Positions 25,981-38,728 of a DNA stretch of 64,000 bases are shown piece by piece; position 1 is the stretch's first letter, and each line of letters opens with the position of its first letter. Both the position numbers and the translations under genes were made by a program. Where the stretch lies: the NCBI RefSeq assembly GCF_963921235.1, contig NC_086097.1:47866001-47930000 (forward strand), written 5' to 3'. Origin of the DNA: Mobula hypostoma. Its lineage: Eukaryota. Below the pieces are notes generated by a model, which saw only the letters and a program-made list of their open reading frames with translations, was not told the origin of the DNA and did no database searches.

Positions 25981-26836
25981 AACACACATCAAAGTTGCTG
26001 GTGAACGCAGCAGGCCAGGCAGCATCTATAGGAAGAGGTGCAGTCGACGTTTCAGGCCGAGATCCTTCGTCAGGACTAACTGAAGGAAGAGTGAGTAAGA
26101 GATTTGAAAGTTGGAGGGGGAGGGGGAGATCCAAAATGATAGGAGAAGACAGGAGGGGGAGGGATAGAGCCGAGAGCTGGACAGGTGACAGGCAAAAGGG
26201 ATATGAGAGGATCATGGGACAGGAGGTCCAGGAAGAAAGACGGGGGGGGGGGATCCCAGAGGATGGGCAGGGGGTATATTCAGAGGGACAGAGGGAAAAA
26301 AAGGAGAGTGAGAGAAAGAATGTGTGTGTAAAAATAAGTAACAGATGGGGTACGAGGGGGAGGTGGGGCATTAGCGGGAGTTAGAGAAGTCGATGTTCAT
26401 GCCATCAGGTTGGAGGCTACCCAGACGGAATATAAGGTGTTGTTCCTCCAACCTGAGTGTGGCTTCATCTTTACAGTAGAGGAGGCCGTGGATAGACATG
26501 TCAGAATGGGAATGGGATGTGGAATTAAAATGTGTGGCCACTGGGAGATCCTGCTTTCTCTGGCGGACAGAGCGTAGGTGTTCAGCAAAGCGGTCTCCCA
26601 GTCTGCGTCGGGTCTCACCAATATATAGAAGGCCACATCGGGAGCACCGGACGCAGTGCTCCAGAATGCCGGCAGAGATGTTATGCCCCTCTCCCTCCCA
26701 CTTTCAAATCTCTTACTAGCTTTTCCTTCAGTTAGTCCTAGCGAAGGGTCTCAGCCCGAAATGTCGACTGTACCTCTTCCTAGAGATGCTGCCTGGCCTG
26801 CTGCATTCACCAACAACTTTGATGTGTGTTGCTTGA
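25981..26836. mobile_element. Penelope insertion with inverted arms (minus 25981-~26656, plus ~26685-26836)
   Basis: GIY-YIG C-terminus and 3' UTR on minus, followed by a second 3' end on plus. Confidence 0.88.
26042..26077 (-). ncRNA. Minimal type I hammerhead ribozyme motif
   Basis: Minus strand AGTC-CTGACGA-AGG atctcgg CCT-GAAA-CGTC-GACT: intact core with stem I AGTC/GACT and stem II AGG/CCT. Confidence 0.8.
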
Positions 26837-29800
26837 CCTGTGATAATTGCTTTTCATGACTTCTAAACTAAGGTTTCTATAATTCGCCAATCTTGTCGGT
26901 TAGGTATGATTAACTTTGAAGATTATAAGATAAGGCTGGTCAAGGATTATTCACCTGAGGTAGTAAGTGAACATTTTAAGTATAAAAAGGTCATGGCGGA
27001 GTTATATAACAAAGGCTATAAACCTTCACTAAATTACCCCGCTCGCCTCAGGATCATTTTGGAAAATGGATCTCCTAAGTGGTTTCTTTCGATTGAGGAA
27101 GTGCACGATTTTCTTCAGGCCAAATCAAGTCCAGAAGACTAATTGTTTAATACTGTATCATATAAATTACACTTCCTTAGCTTGACAGATTCTTTGTTGT
27201 TGGAAGTTTGCAATCTAATGGTTTAGTACGTCTTTTTTTTTTGAACAATTCTCTCTTCTATTCTCGTATACTCTTATAATTAGTTTCTGTTCTTATCGTA
27301 TTTTCTTTGCTGAGTTAATTTTTTTTCAACATGATGTTTTGAACTGTTCTTTAGTTTTTTGGAATAATATTTAGTCTATCAATTCCAGAAGTTTAACATT
27401 TTATTTCTGCTTCAAATAACCTTGTTCCCTCAGTTTGACTGATCAATGTGTTGCAATTGTGCAGTTTATTACTTCTTTCTTTGAACAATTCTTTTTTCTA
27501 TATATTTTCACAAATAATAATTCTTTTTCTTCTTGTTTTTATTTTTTCTGTTTAGGAAATTAATAGACTTAACTTCAGTAAGTTTTTTTTGTAATTGTTT
27601 TTTACAAACATGTTCTGATTTTTTTTAGTTCTTTTGAAGGTTATTTAGTCTAGGTTGGAATTCATTCTGTATTAATCTTTTCTTCTCCTGGAGCTCTGCC
27701 AGTCGGATGTCGGGGGTGAGATTTATCAGTAGATCGGCTTTCGCCCTCCCTTGGGTGATTTTTTTTCTTTGGGAGGGGGTGGACGGGAGGGGGCTGTTTT
27801 TTTTTTCTTTTTCCTTTTTATTAGCTGTTTGGTTATCCCTGCCTCATCTATTGCTTGGTTAAGTATTTTGAATTTTAAGGTTTGGATTTTTGGTGTATTC
27901 CAGTGGTTTATATGTTTAACCTCTGTCTTAAACATATTTAAATGGTATACAATATTAATTTTCTTAGTTTAAATGTGAAAGGTTTAAACCACCCTGTGAA
28001 AAGCAGTAAAATTTTTACCTATATTAAGAAATAGAATGCTTCAATTTTTTTTTACAAGAGACACATGTTCACAGATCTGACTGTGGGCATTTGTTCAAAT
28101 GTTGGAATGATCTAGCTTTTCATTCTTCCTTTCAAGCCAAGGCCAGAGGTACTTCAATTTTGATTGACAATTCAGTTGTTTGTGTTCACATGATGTAATG
28201 TCTGACCCCAATGGGCGGTTCGTTTTAGTCTCAGGGAAATTAGATAACTAATGGTTTTTGCTAATCTCTATGCCCCGAATATAGATGATCCCGGCTTTTT
28301 TGAACTTTTTTTTCTTTTTTACCAGACTTAAATTTGTACTCTTTAATCTTGGGAGGGGATTTTAATTGCTGTCTTGACCCTGTTTTAGACTATTCATCTT
28401 TGAAACGATTGCATATTAGTAGATCTGCCTCCTATATCCAATCTTTTCTAATGAAATGTGACATTATTGATGTTTGGCATTTTTACACCCAACAAGTGGA
28501 GAATATTCCTTTTTTTCTCATGTTCATCATACCTATTCCAGGATTGAATTTTTTTGTCAATAGTCATTTGATACCCTCTATTCGATCCTGTGAATGTAAA
28601 GAAATTGCCGTTTCAGATCATGCCCCCGTCTTTTTATCTTTAAATCTTCCGGGTGTTTCTCAATCAAACAGATTTTGGCGTTTTAATCTAATTTTACTAT
28701 CGGATAAGGCTTTTTTACAATTTTTAGAGAGTCAAATTACTTTTTTCTTTGAAGAGAATACGCTAGATGGCACTTCTAGCCTTATTATTTGGGATGCTTT
28801 CAAGGCTTATGTTAGAGGCCAAATTATTTCCTCTACAGCAAGTATTAAGAAAAAAGCTAATAAGAAGAGAACTGATTTAGCCAATCAGCTGAAACATTTA
28901 GATCAAAAATATGCTTCTGATCTATATCCCGTCTTATATAAAAGACATGTGGAAGTTAAAACTAAATATGATCTGTTTTTAACTTACCCTGTTGAAACTC
29001 AACTTTTAAAAGATAAAAGTCAATTTTATGTTCATGGTGATAAAACGGGCAAACTTTTGGCTAATCAACTTAAAACTTTAATCGTTAAATGTCAAATTAA
29101 GGAAATCTCCAAAGCGAATGGTGATATAGAAACATAGAAACATAGAAAATAGGTGCAGGAGTAGGCCATTCGGCCCTTCGAGTGTGCACCGCCATTCAGT
29201 ATGATCATGGCTGATCATCCAACTCAGAACACTGTACCTGCGTTCTCTCCATATCCCCTGATCCCTTTAGTCACAAGGGCCATATCTAATTCCCTCTTAA
29301 ATATAGCCAATGAACTGGCCTCAACTGTTTCTTGTGGCAGAGAATTCCACAGATTCACCACTCTCTGTGTGAAGAAGTTTTTCCTCATCTCGGTCCTAAA
29401 AGGCTTCCCCTTTATCTTTCAACTGTGACTCCTCGTTCTGGACTTCCCCAACATTGGGAACAATCTTCCTGCATCTAGCCTGTCCAATCCCTTTAGAATT
29501 TTATACATTTCAATAAGATCCCCCCTCAATCTTCTAAATTCCAGCGAGTATAAGCCTAGTCAATCCAGTCTTTCTTCATATGAAAGTCCTGCCATCCCAG
29601 GAATCAATCTGGTGAACCTTCTTTGTACTCCCTCTATGGCAAGAATGTCTTTCCTCAGATTAGGAGATCAAAACTGCACACAATACTCCAGGTGTGGTCT
29701 CACCAAGGCCTTGTACAACTGCAGTAGAACCTCCCTGCTCCTGTACTCAAATCCTCTTGCTATGAATGCCAACATACCATTCGCCTTTTTCACCGCCTGT

Positions 29801-32731
29801 TGTACCTGTATGCCCACTTTCAATGACTGGTGTACAATGACACCCAGGTCTCGTTGCTTCTGATACTTTTATAACTTCATATCAATTAGAAATAAATGAT
29901 ACTTTTAGAGAATTTTACTCTAAACTGTATAGTTCTGATTCCCCTAAAACCAATTTTGCTATGAATAATTTTCTAGATTGTTTAAATATTCCCTCACTTT
30001 CTGAGGTTAATTGAAAATGGTCAGATCAACCTTTCTCTTCTGAGGAAATTGCCTGGGTTGTCCATTCTCTGAGTTCGGGAAAGGCTCCCAGTCCGAACGG
30101 ATTTTCTGGAGAGTTCTACAAGGCTTTTGCTTCTTTGCTTATTCCTCACTTACTTTCTGTCCTTCCTGACTCTCTTAAATTAGGCAGGTTGCCACAATCT
30201 TTTTATGACGCCTCTATTTCACTTATTCTCAAAAAGAATAAAGATCCAACTGATTGCTCTTCCTACAGACCTGTTTCTTTACTTAATGTTGACGCTAAAA
30301 TTTTATCTAAACTTTTGTCTCATAGGATGGAAAACATACTGACTTTTATTATCTCTGATGACCAGACTGGATTTATTAAAAATCATTATTCTCATTTTAA
30401 CATTTGGCATTTACTGAATGTTATTTATTCTCCCTTGAAAGAAACTTCAGAATGCGTGATTTCTTTAGAAGCTGAGAAAGCCTTTGACCAGGTTGAATGG
30501 AATTATTTATTTAAAATATTAGAAAAATTTAACTTTGGGTCCAATTTTATTCAATGGATTAGATTACTTTATTCATCTCCCACTGCACAGGTTCTTACTA
30601 ACTCTCAGAGTTCTAAACCATTTAATCTCCAACGTGGATCTACACAAGGATGTCCTTTGCTTTTTGATTTGGCTATAGAGCCTTTAGCCATCACATTTCG
30701 TGAATCCGTTGACATCTGGGGTACTTTAAGGAGGGGTATCACTCATAAGTTGTTGCTTTATGCTGATGACCTTTTGCTCTACATCTCTAATGTGGAGTCC
30801 TCTCTATCCTCAATACTCTCTTTACTTTCTGAATTTAGTCAGTTCTCAGGACATAATCTTAATCTTCATAAGAGTGAACTTTTTCCTTTGAATAATTTGG
30901 TATCAGTCAACTCTGACCTTCCTTTTAAAATTGTAAGAAATCAATTTACTTATTTGGGTATAACAATTACTAGGAATTATAAATTATAAATTTCTTTTTA
31001 AAGAAAACTTTATCACTCTTTTGGAATATGTTAAGAAGGTACTATTAAATTGGTCTCTCCTTTCTTTATCGCTGATTGGACATATTAATTCTATTAAGAT
31101 GAATATTTTGCCTAAGTTTTTATATTTATTTCAAGCCCTACCGGTCTTTATTCCTAAATCCTTTTTTGACTCTTTAGATTTGATTATATCTTCTTACTTA
31201 TGGAAGAATAAAACCCCCCGATTAAACAAAGTTCATCTTCAGAAAACTGAAAAAAGATAGGAGATTAGCCCTACCAAATTTTAGGTTTTATTACTGGGCA
31301 GTCAACATACGCTACCTTACGTTTTGGTTATAGTACATTAATCGTGAAGACTGTCCAGTTTGGGTTTCTTCAGAAGTTAATTCTGTTAATAAGTTTTCTA
31401 TTATTTCTCTTCTTGGTTCTTCAATTCCTCTATCCTTGAGTAATTTAACTGATAATTATGTAGTTAAGCATTCTTTGAGAATTTGGTTACAATTTAGAAA
31501 ATTCTTTGGGTTATTTGGTTTTTCACTCTCTAGTCCCATTTTTTCTAATTTTTTTTTAAACCTTCTTTGACTGATGTCGTTTTTAAAGAGTGGAATAAAC
31601 TAAGTATTAAATGTTTTCAGGATCTATTTGTTGGAAATAGTCTTTCCTCATTTGATCAACTATCTATTAAATATAATCTTCGTAAAGCTCATCTTTTTAG
31701 ATATTTACAAATTAGAGACTTCTTGCATTCTCAACTTCATACATTTCCTAAATGTCCAGATAAGAATTTAATTGATACAATTTTTACTTTGAAATCTTTT
31801 CATAATGGATCTATTTCTAATATTTATAGTATGTTGTTGGCAATGAGAAACATTCCGTTAGACAAAATTAAAAACCTCTGGGAACAAGACCCACAAACTT
31901 CAATTGATGAGGATACCTGGAATAAAATTTTTAAACTTGTTCACACCTCTTCGTTAGGTGCGCGTCACTCTCTTTTACAATTTAAAGTGGTTCATAGAGC
32001 CTATATGACTAAAGATAAGTTCTCTGGTTTTTACTCAAATTTTTCTCCATACTGTAATAGGTGTAATGTCGAAGAGGCCTCTCTAATTCATATGTTTTGG
32101 TCCTGTCCGTGGCATGATAAATTTTGGAAAGAAATGTTTTAAACTTTCTTGGAACTTTTTAAAGTAAACTTTAAACCCAACCCTCTGACTGCCTTGTTTG
32201 GTGTTGTTGGAGAAAATAATTTTACTCTTAAGCTGCATGATTTGCATATTTTGGCTTTTATTTCTTTTTTAGCCAGAAGAGTTTTGTTGCTTAAATGGAA
32301 AGATGCTGCTCCGCCCACTCATGCCCATTGGTTGATTGATGTTATGTCATGTTTAAATCCAGAGAAGATTAGGTGTTCTATTTCTATACCTAGACAAGAT
32401 TTTTTCACATTATGGGGACCTTTTTGAAACTACTTTCACAGTTTTCGATTTGTTCAACAAGATGATGGCTATTATATGTTTGAATTTACGACTATATATC
32501 AGAGATTTTTTTCTTTTCTTTTAACCAAGCAGCTGTTTTCTTTCTCTCTTTTTTTTTGTTATGGGGTTTTGATTTTGCTTTAGATTAAAATAAAATATAC
32601 CTTTTCAATATTATGGTTAATTTACTATATATAGTTATGGGGCATTTCAATCTTGTTTCTGCTTCCATAATATCATAATGTATTTTGTATTCGTCTATGC
32701 AAGTAATTCATAAAAATATTAAAAAGAAAAG
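26837..32731 (+). mobile_element. L1-clade LINE, 5'-truncated in ORF1, T-rich inter-ORF spacer, pseudogenised ORF2, A-rich tail
   Basis: ORF1 C-terminus PVIIAFHDF*TK..IRLVKDYSPEV..YPARLRI. APE GGDFN..SDHAPV..WRFN. RT SYRPVSLLNVDAKILSK..YADDLL. CCHC CNRCNVEEASLIHMFWSC. Confidence 0.93.
29127..29860 (-). mobile_element. Young CR1 3' fragment nested in L1 ORF2
   Basis: Reverse complement closely matches 11985-12710; (ACATAGAA)n tail. Confidence 0.93.
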
Positions 32732-32789
32732 AATCTTACCGGTGAACATTGAAAATGGTAAGTCTTATTGCGAGCTTCACTCGAGCTAT

Positions 32790-33570
32790 TAAAAAGAATT
32801 GAGGTTTAAGTGGAGCAGCCATTGAGGGAGCTGCCGTAGTATGAGTGGGCAGTGATAGAATGGGGAACTGGGGGTTTCGTGTGAAGATGCTGAGACCATT
32901 ACAGAACAGCCATGGTGTGAGTGGGCTGACAGAAGCATCTGAGATCTGTGGCTTCGCTTCAAGTTGCTTTGGCAAAGAGGCACAGGTGTGTAGCAGGTAA
33001 GAATGGGTAAAGGTTTTTCTTTGATATGGTAGAGTTAACCAAAAGGATACCTAATTACAGCAAGTTAAATACAAATGTTTGTACAATAGGATCTAGGATC
33101 AGGGGATATGTTGCAGCAGCATAACTTGTGAGCTGGTGGACAGCAATATTGTTCCTGGTGACCCTATCTGCACCAAGTTTTGGCTTCTCAAAGAACTCAG
33201 GCTCAAAGTTGCTGACTTGGAATCTGAGTTACAAACACTGTGATGCATCTGTGAGGGGGTGAGTTACATGGCTATGTTATTTCAGGAGGCAGTCACACCA
33301 TTGGATTGGCCAGGTACTCAGGGGTGGGTCTGCAACTGAGGCAGGTAGGGGGATCCAGGAGGTGGTGTTGGAGGAACAGAAGCCCCTGAGCTTACACAAC
33401 AGGTCTAAGGTTGTCGCTCCCTGTGAGGATGAGATTGCGGTCCGTAGGAAGGATGAGCAACTGAACCGTAGTTCGGAGAGCCATAAGGGGGGAGGACGAA
33501 TGGAAGGGAAAAGTAGTTTTAATTGGTGATGGTATAGTCAGGGGAATAGATACAATTCAATGCAATCCCT
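32790..33570 (+). mobile_element. CR1 5' UTR/ORF1 remnant
   Basis: Similar organisation to 7900-8550 (Cys motif, coiled coil, VVLIGDGIVRGID). Confidence 0.65.
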
Positions 33571-33667
33571 TAAGAAAATGTATCTCCAGTTTGTATACTG
33601 TGAGATATATGTACTTTGATAATAAATTTACTTTGAACTTCCTCACATTAAATATTCAGTACTCTGG

Positions 33668-34040
33668 ACCATTTCTCCAGCAATGGAAAAGAGACTAGAA
33701 GCAGCTGAATTATGGTTCTACAGGAGAATGTTAAAAATATCATTGACCACACACACATCAAATGAAGAAGTTCTCAGAAGAGCCCAAGCAGTTCGATCAC
33801 TCATACCAACAATAAGAGAAAGACAATTCAGATGCGGAAAGATGAACTAGAAAAACTCATACTCTCTGGAAAGATTGAGGGGAGTAAACCTAGAGGAAGA
33901 CCTCGGCTTATGTACATCAAAAGCATAGCCAGGTGGCTACACATTCAGGAAATGGAAGTCATCCAAAAAATTAAGGATAGATCTATATGGAAAACCATGG
34001 TCACCAAAGTCTGCATCGGATATGGTGCCTAGACAGACAG
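33668..34040 (+). mobile_element. RTE-type LINE 3' fragment with 7-bp TSD, absent from copy B
   Basis: AMEKRLEAAELWFYRRMLKI..GKIEGSKPRGRPR; (AGAC)n tail; TSD ACTCTGG at 33661-33667 and 34041-34047. Confidence 0.88.
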
Positions 34041-34329
34041 ACTCTGGGAGTGATGAATTAGATATTTATGCCAATGTCTCAGTGGTGACAAATACGAGTT
34101 TCACAGTTTTTTGCACTATGAGGGGGAACCAAGGTTGTTAAAACAACTGAAGATACAGTAAACCAATCTGCAGTACAGCCAAACACTCCAATGCTCTGAA
34201 CAGAAGTGAATCCAGTGACATATGCTGTATACATAGTTCCACTGCATTAATGAAATTGCAGCCAAATTGACCTAGTATCACGTTACCATATTCCTGAGCA
34301 CAAGGATTTCCAATTTCAAATTGAATATA

Positions 34330-34820
34330 CACTCAGTAGCTATTTGATTAAGTACAGCTGTATACTTGCTTGTTAATGCAAATAGGTAATCAGCTAATCA
34401 GGTGACAGCAACACAATACACAAAAACACGCAGACATTGTTAAAAGTTAAGTTGTTGTTCAGATTAAACATCAGAATGGTGAAGAAATGTGATCTCAGTG
34501 ACTTTGACTGTGGAATAATTGTTGGTGCCAAACGGGGTGGTTTGAGTATCTCAGAAACTTCCTGGCATTTTGACGCACAACCCGTACTAAGTTTACAGAA
34601 GATGTTACAAAATGCAAAAAAACATTCAGTTCTTAAAATCCCAAAGGTGCTGTGGGGGCAAAGCACCTTGCTAACGAGAGGAAATCAGAGGAGAATGGTC
34701 AGACTCGGTCACACTGACAGGAAAGCAACAGTAACTCAAATTACCATGTGTTACAACAGTGGCGTGCTGAGGAGCATCTCGGAATGTACAACACATCATA
34801 CCTTGAAGTTCACGGACTAG
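34330..34820 (+). mobile_element. Tc1-like non-autonomous element remnant (paralogues at 36712-36852+44580-44990, 49005-49168+50120-50178, 52996-53136+56047-56450)
   Basis: Begins CACTCAGT.G.TA.TT..TTA.GTAC; HTH remnant KKCDLSDFDCGIIVGAKRGGLSISET. Confidence 0.75.
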
Positions 34821-37034
34821 AGAGCAACTTCTTCAAACTTGTCTGCAGAAACAGCTTAATTTCTAACTCTAATGTCTCTTTTTTCTCTCCTTTTCAATGT
34901 GGATGGGTTCTGTCACGCCCTTGACCTGCATCTGCACTCATACTGTGGTTCTTTATGGCAATGGTTCCTGCTCCCTGAGATGGCCGAAAGGCTGTTTTAA
35001 AATATCCCATTGGCGTGGAAAGAAGATGAGTGTACCTTCGGTGCACTAAGGCTTTACAGCCCTGTGGACAAGCTGATTCTAGGCTGCTACTGCTGACTGA
35101 AGCTTCACGGGAGAAAACAGAATATCAGGAACAGTGGATCAGCTGTCGGAGGTCACTGTACCCGGTGAACTGCTCTCTGACTCCTCTAACTTTCTCTCGG
35201 TGGGGGGGTGTTTGCTGCTAATTCTCGTGTCAGAGAACTTGAAAAACACGATGCGGCATACTTTAATGTCATAAATCAGCGAGTTTTGTTCTTGTTGGTC
35301 TCCCCTCGCTGTGTGACACCTCTCTACCCCTTTATTATGGAGAGAGAGAGCCTGTGGCACGTCAAAATGGTCGGCTAATGATTAGTTTTTCTGTACTTCA
35401 GATCATGGTCTCTCTTGGGGCCTCTGCGATTGCTTGCTTGGTGGGTACTGGGTGCTGATGCTTTTTGCTGAAACATGAAGGCGAGTGGGAAAGCTGATGC
35501 TTTATTGCAGCTTGCGCTTGGGAGGGGGAGAAGGCAGATTTTGAGGTTCTAACATTTTTACTGTCATTCAATCTTTTGGGTACTCCTGTTTTTGAGAATG
35601 TCTGAGAAGAGAAATGATTTCAGGTTGCATATTGTATACATTCTCTGACCTTAGATGGAACTATTGACCTATTGAAGTATTGAAAATACATTGCCTAATG
35701 TGTAAATACTGACTAATGTATAAAGCATTATCTAAGTTAGCAAACATTTTTCTATGAAAATATGTGCTGGCCATCAAAATCAATTAGTAATTACAAATCT
35801 GTTGCCCAGGAGTTGAACATGCTTTCCTTCTCATGATTCTCTCGTTGGACATCAGGAAAGGTGAATTTCTGAGATTGAGTTCGTGCTTCAGGTGGAGACA
35901 AGAAAATCGGAATACAAGGTGTCGCTGGTCCACTCTGCAATAAGGCAGCCTTTCATATGTGTATCCATTGGTGTCATTTGTTGTATGTGGAGGTCCAAGA
36001 GTGACCTTCTCTATATCCTGTTGGGCCTAACACAGATCAGGTGAAATTGCTTTCTTGAGTGCCCTTTCCCTGTCTGCTGCAACAGACAGGTTCTCCCACT
36101 ATTTTAATTCAACTCCGCTCTTTCACGGCCTCTTCCGCTGCCAAGTTGAAGCCAGGCACAGACAGGAAGAGTAACACCTCATATTCTTAATACATTCATT
36201 ATTCCTCGATAGTTTCTGCATGCTTCATCAGATAAATTAACTATTCTCCAATAGAAACTTTGGTTGCTACACCAACTAAGCTGTTGCAAAAAATCCTACA
36301 TTTTAAGGTAAAAGCATGGATTTCACAAATTGGCACGAACATGTCGAATTTAACGGTTGTATACAGACTAGTGGAGAAAACTCTAACGTACTCATTTACA
36401 TGTTTTCTCACATTAGGTATTCAGTATTCTGAGAGTGATGAATTAGCTATTTTTGGCAATGTAACAGATGTAGCAAATACGAGTTTCACAGTCTTTTGCA
36501 TGATGTAGGGAAACACGGTCTATGTTAAAACAACTAAGGAAGATACAGTAAGTCAATGTGCCGTACGGGCAAGCACTCCAATACCTTGATCAAACTAGAG
36601 ACAGAAGTGAATCCAGTGACAGTGCAGTTTACATAGCATTAATACATTTGCAGCCGGGTGTCACCTCACCATATCCCTGAACACAAGAATTTCCATTTCA
36701 AATGTAATGTCCACTCAGTGGTTACTTAGTTAGGTACACGGGTACACCTGCTTGTGAATGTAAAATCTAATCAGCCAATCATGTGAGAGACCTCAATGCA
36801 TAAAAACATGCAGACATTGCTAAAAGGTTCAGTTGTTGTTAAGACCAAACATCGTTCATGGATGAAGAGTTGAGAGAGTGGATAGATTTGAAAACTAGTG
36901 TGGACGTGGTATAGTTGATTGCAGTTGGAGCAAAGGACTGAGCCTACTGTTGGGAGTTTCCTCTCGGGCAGGAAGTGGGGTAGAGATGGCAGGAAGTGTC
37001 AGAGAAGACTGAAATAGCGATTGGGAAGTAGTAT

Positions 37035-37560
37035 TGGATCGCCTCACGATAGGAAAGATGTGGAAACCATAGAAAGGGTGCAGAGGAGATTTACAAGGAC
37101 ATTGCCTGGATTGGGGAGCATGCCTTATGAGAATAGATTGAGTGAACATGGCCTTTTCTCCTTGGAGCGACGGAGGATGAGAGATAACTTGATATAGGTT
37201 TACAAGATAATGAAAGGTATTGATCGTGTGGATAGTCGGAGGCTTTTGCCCGGGACTGAAATCACTAGAATGAGCGGGCACAGTTTTAAGGTGCTTGGAA
37301 AGAGATACAGAGGAGATGTCAGGGGTAAGTTTTTTATGCAGAGAGTGGTGAGTTCGTGGAACGGGCTGCCGGCGACGGTTGTGCAGGTGGAAACAATAGG
37401 GTCTTTTAAGAGACTCCTGGATGGCTACATGGAGCTTAGAAGAATAGAGATCTATGGGTAAAGCCTAGGTAGTTCTAAGGTAGGGACAAGTTTGGCACAG
37501 CTTTGTGGGCCAAAGGACCTGTATTGTGCTGTAGGTTTTCTATGTCTGTATGTTCTATGC
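37035..37560 (+). mobile_element. CR1 3' fragment (paralogue ~53320-53850)
   Basis: MKGIDRVD..FFMQRVVSSWNGLP; TTCTATG tail. Confidence 0.85.
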
Positions 37561-38188
37561 TCTATAGGAGTTGTATCGAGGAAGGTGAATGGCAAGTTTC
37601 TGGGAAACAGAAAAATAAGGGCTAGTTGAAGATTGTAGTGGCTAATTGTCCAGTGATGAAGGCAGAAGACAGGATTTAAATAAAAGAAGGAAGGAAGAGT
37701 TTAAGAATTTGTTGAGCTTTGAATGTTGTCCAGTTTCTGATAGCAATCCAATTAGGCTAACTAAGGATTTGAAAAACCATTAGGAAATATTGTGGGTGCA
37801 AATCCCTTAAAAGAAGGGGCACTCTTTTTATTTTGTAATGATAGTAAGCAATGTGAGAAAGCTTTGGGGTTAAAAGCTGTGGGAGGAAGGAAAGTAACAG
37901 CAAGAAATTCTATTGAATGACATTGGCTTTGGGGATTCATCTCTGTGGTGCTTCTAGATGTGACCAAGGACCAAGTTAAAAATAATTTGTTTGGGGAAAA
38001 GTTTGCATATGCTATATATTTCAAAGGGTTTCATCATGGAGTCTGAGCAGATAGCTTATTGGTGTTGGTTATACTTGATGGAAAAACAGCTGCTGCATAG
38101 GCTTCATTTAGGTTAGTGAGATGTATTGTTTGGCTCTGTATGCTGCTCCATCAGAGATGTTTCAATGGAAGAAATTTGGTCATTAGCG

Positions 38189-38728
38189 GCTGTGTGTAAG
38201 GGTAAAGGTGAGGGTAGATGTGGGGCTGTGTGTGAGGGTAAAGGTGAGGGTAGATGTGGGGCTGTGTGTGAGGGTAAAGGTGAGGGTAGATGTGGGGCTG
38301 TGTGTGAGGGTAAAGGTGAGGGTAGATGTGGGGCTGTGTGTGAGGGTAAAGGTGAGGGTAGATGTGGGGCTGTGTGTGAGGGTAAAGGTGAGGGTAGATG
38401 TGGGGCTGTGTGTGAGGGTAAAGGTGAGGGTAGATGTGGGGCTGTGTGTGAGGGTAAAGGTGAGGGTAGATGTGGGGCTGTGTGTGAGGGTAAAGGTGAG
38501 GGTAGATGTGGGGCTGTGTGTGAGGGTAAAGGTGAGGGTAGAGGTGGGGCTGTGTGTGAGGGTAAAGGTGAGGGTAGATGTGGGGCTGTGTGTGAGGGTA
38601 AAGGTGAGGGTAGAGGTGGGGCTGTGTGTGAGGGTAAAGGTGAGGGTAGATGTGGGGCTGTGTGTGAGGGTAAAGGTGAGGGTAGATGTGGGGCTGTGTG
38701 TAAGGGTAAAGGTGAGGGTAGATGTGGA
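38189..38728 (+). repeat. 36-bp minisatellite, 15 units
   Basis: Unit GCTGTGTGTGAGGGTAAAGGTGAGGGTAGATGTGGG (AVCEGKGEGRCG). Confidence 0.97.

Noticed and set aside
26873..26900. Apparent L1 TSD (AATCTTGTCGGT vs AATCTTACCGGT at 32732) and a split exon FYNSPILPVNIEN
   Set aside because: The left segment translates as L1 ORF1 (FHDF*TKVSIIRQSCRLG), so it belongs to the element.
35890..36030. Exon after CTTCAG
   Set aside because: The sequence is a decayed Penelope GIY-YIG region.
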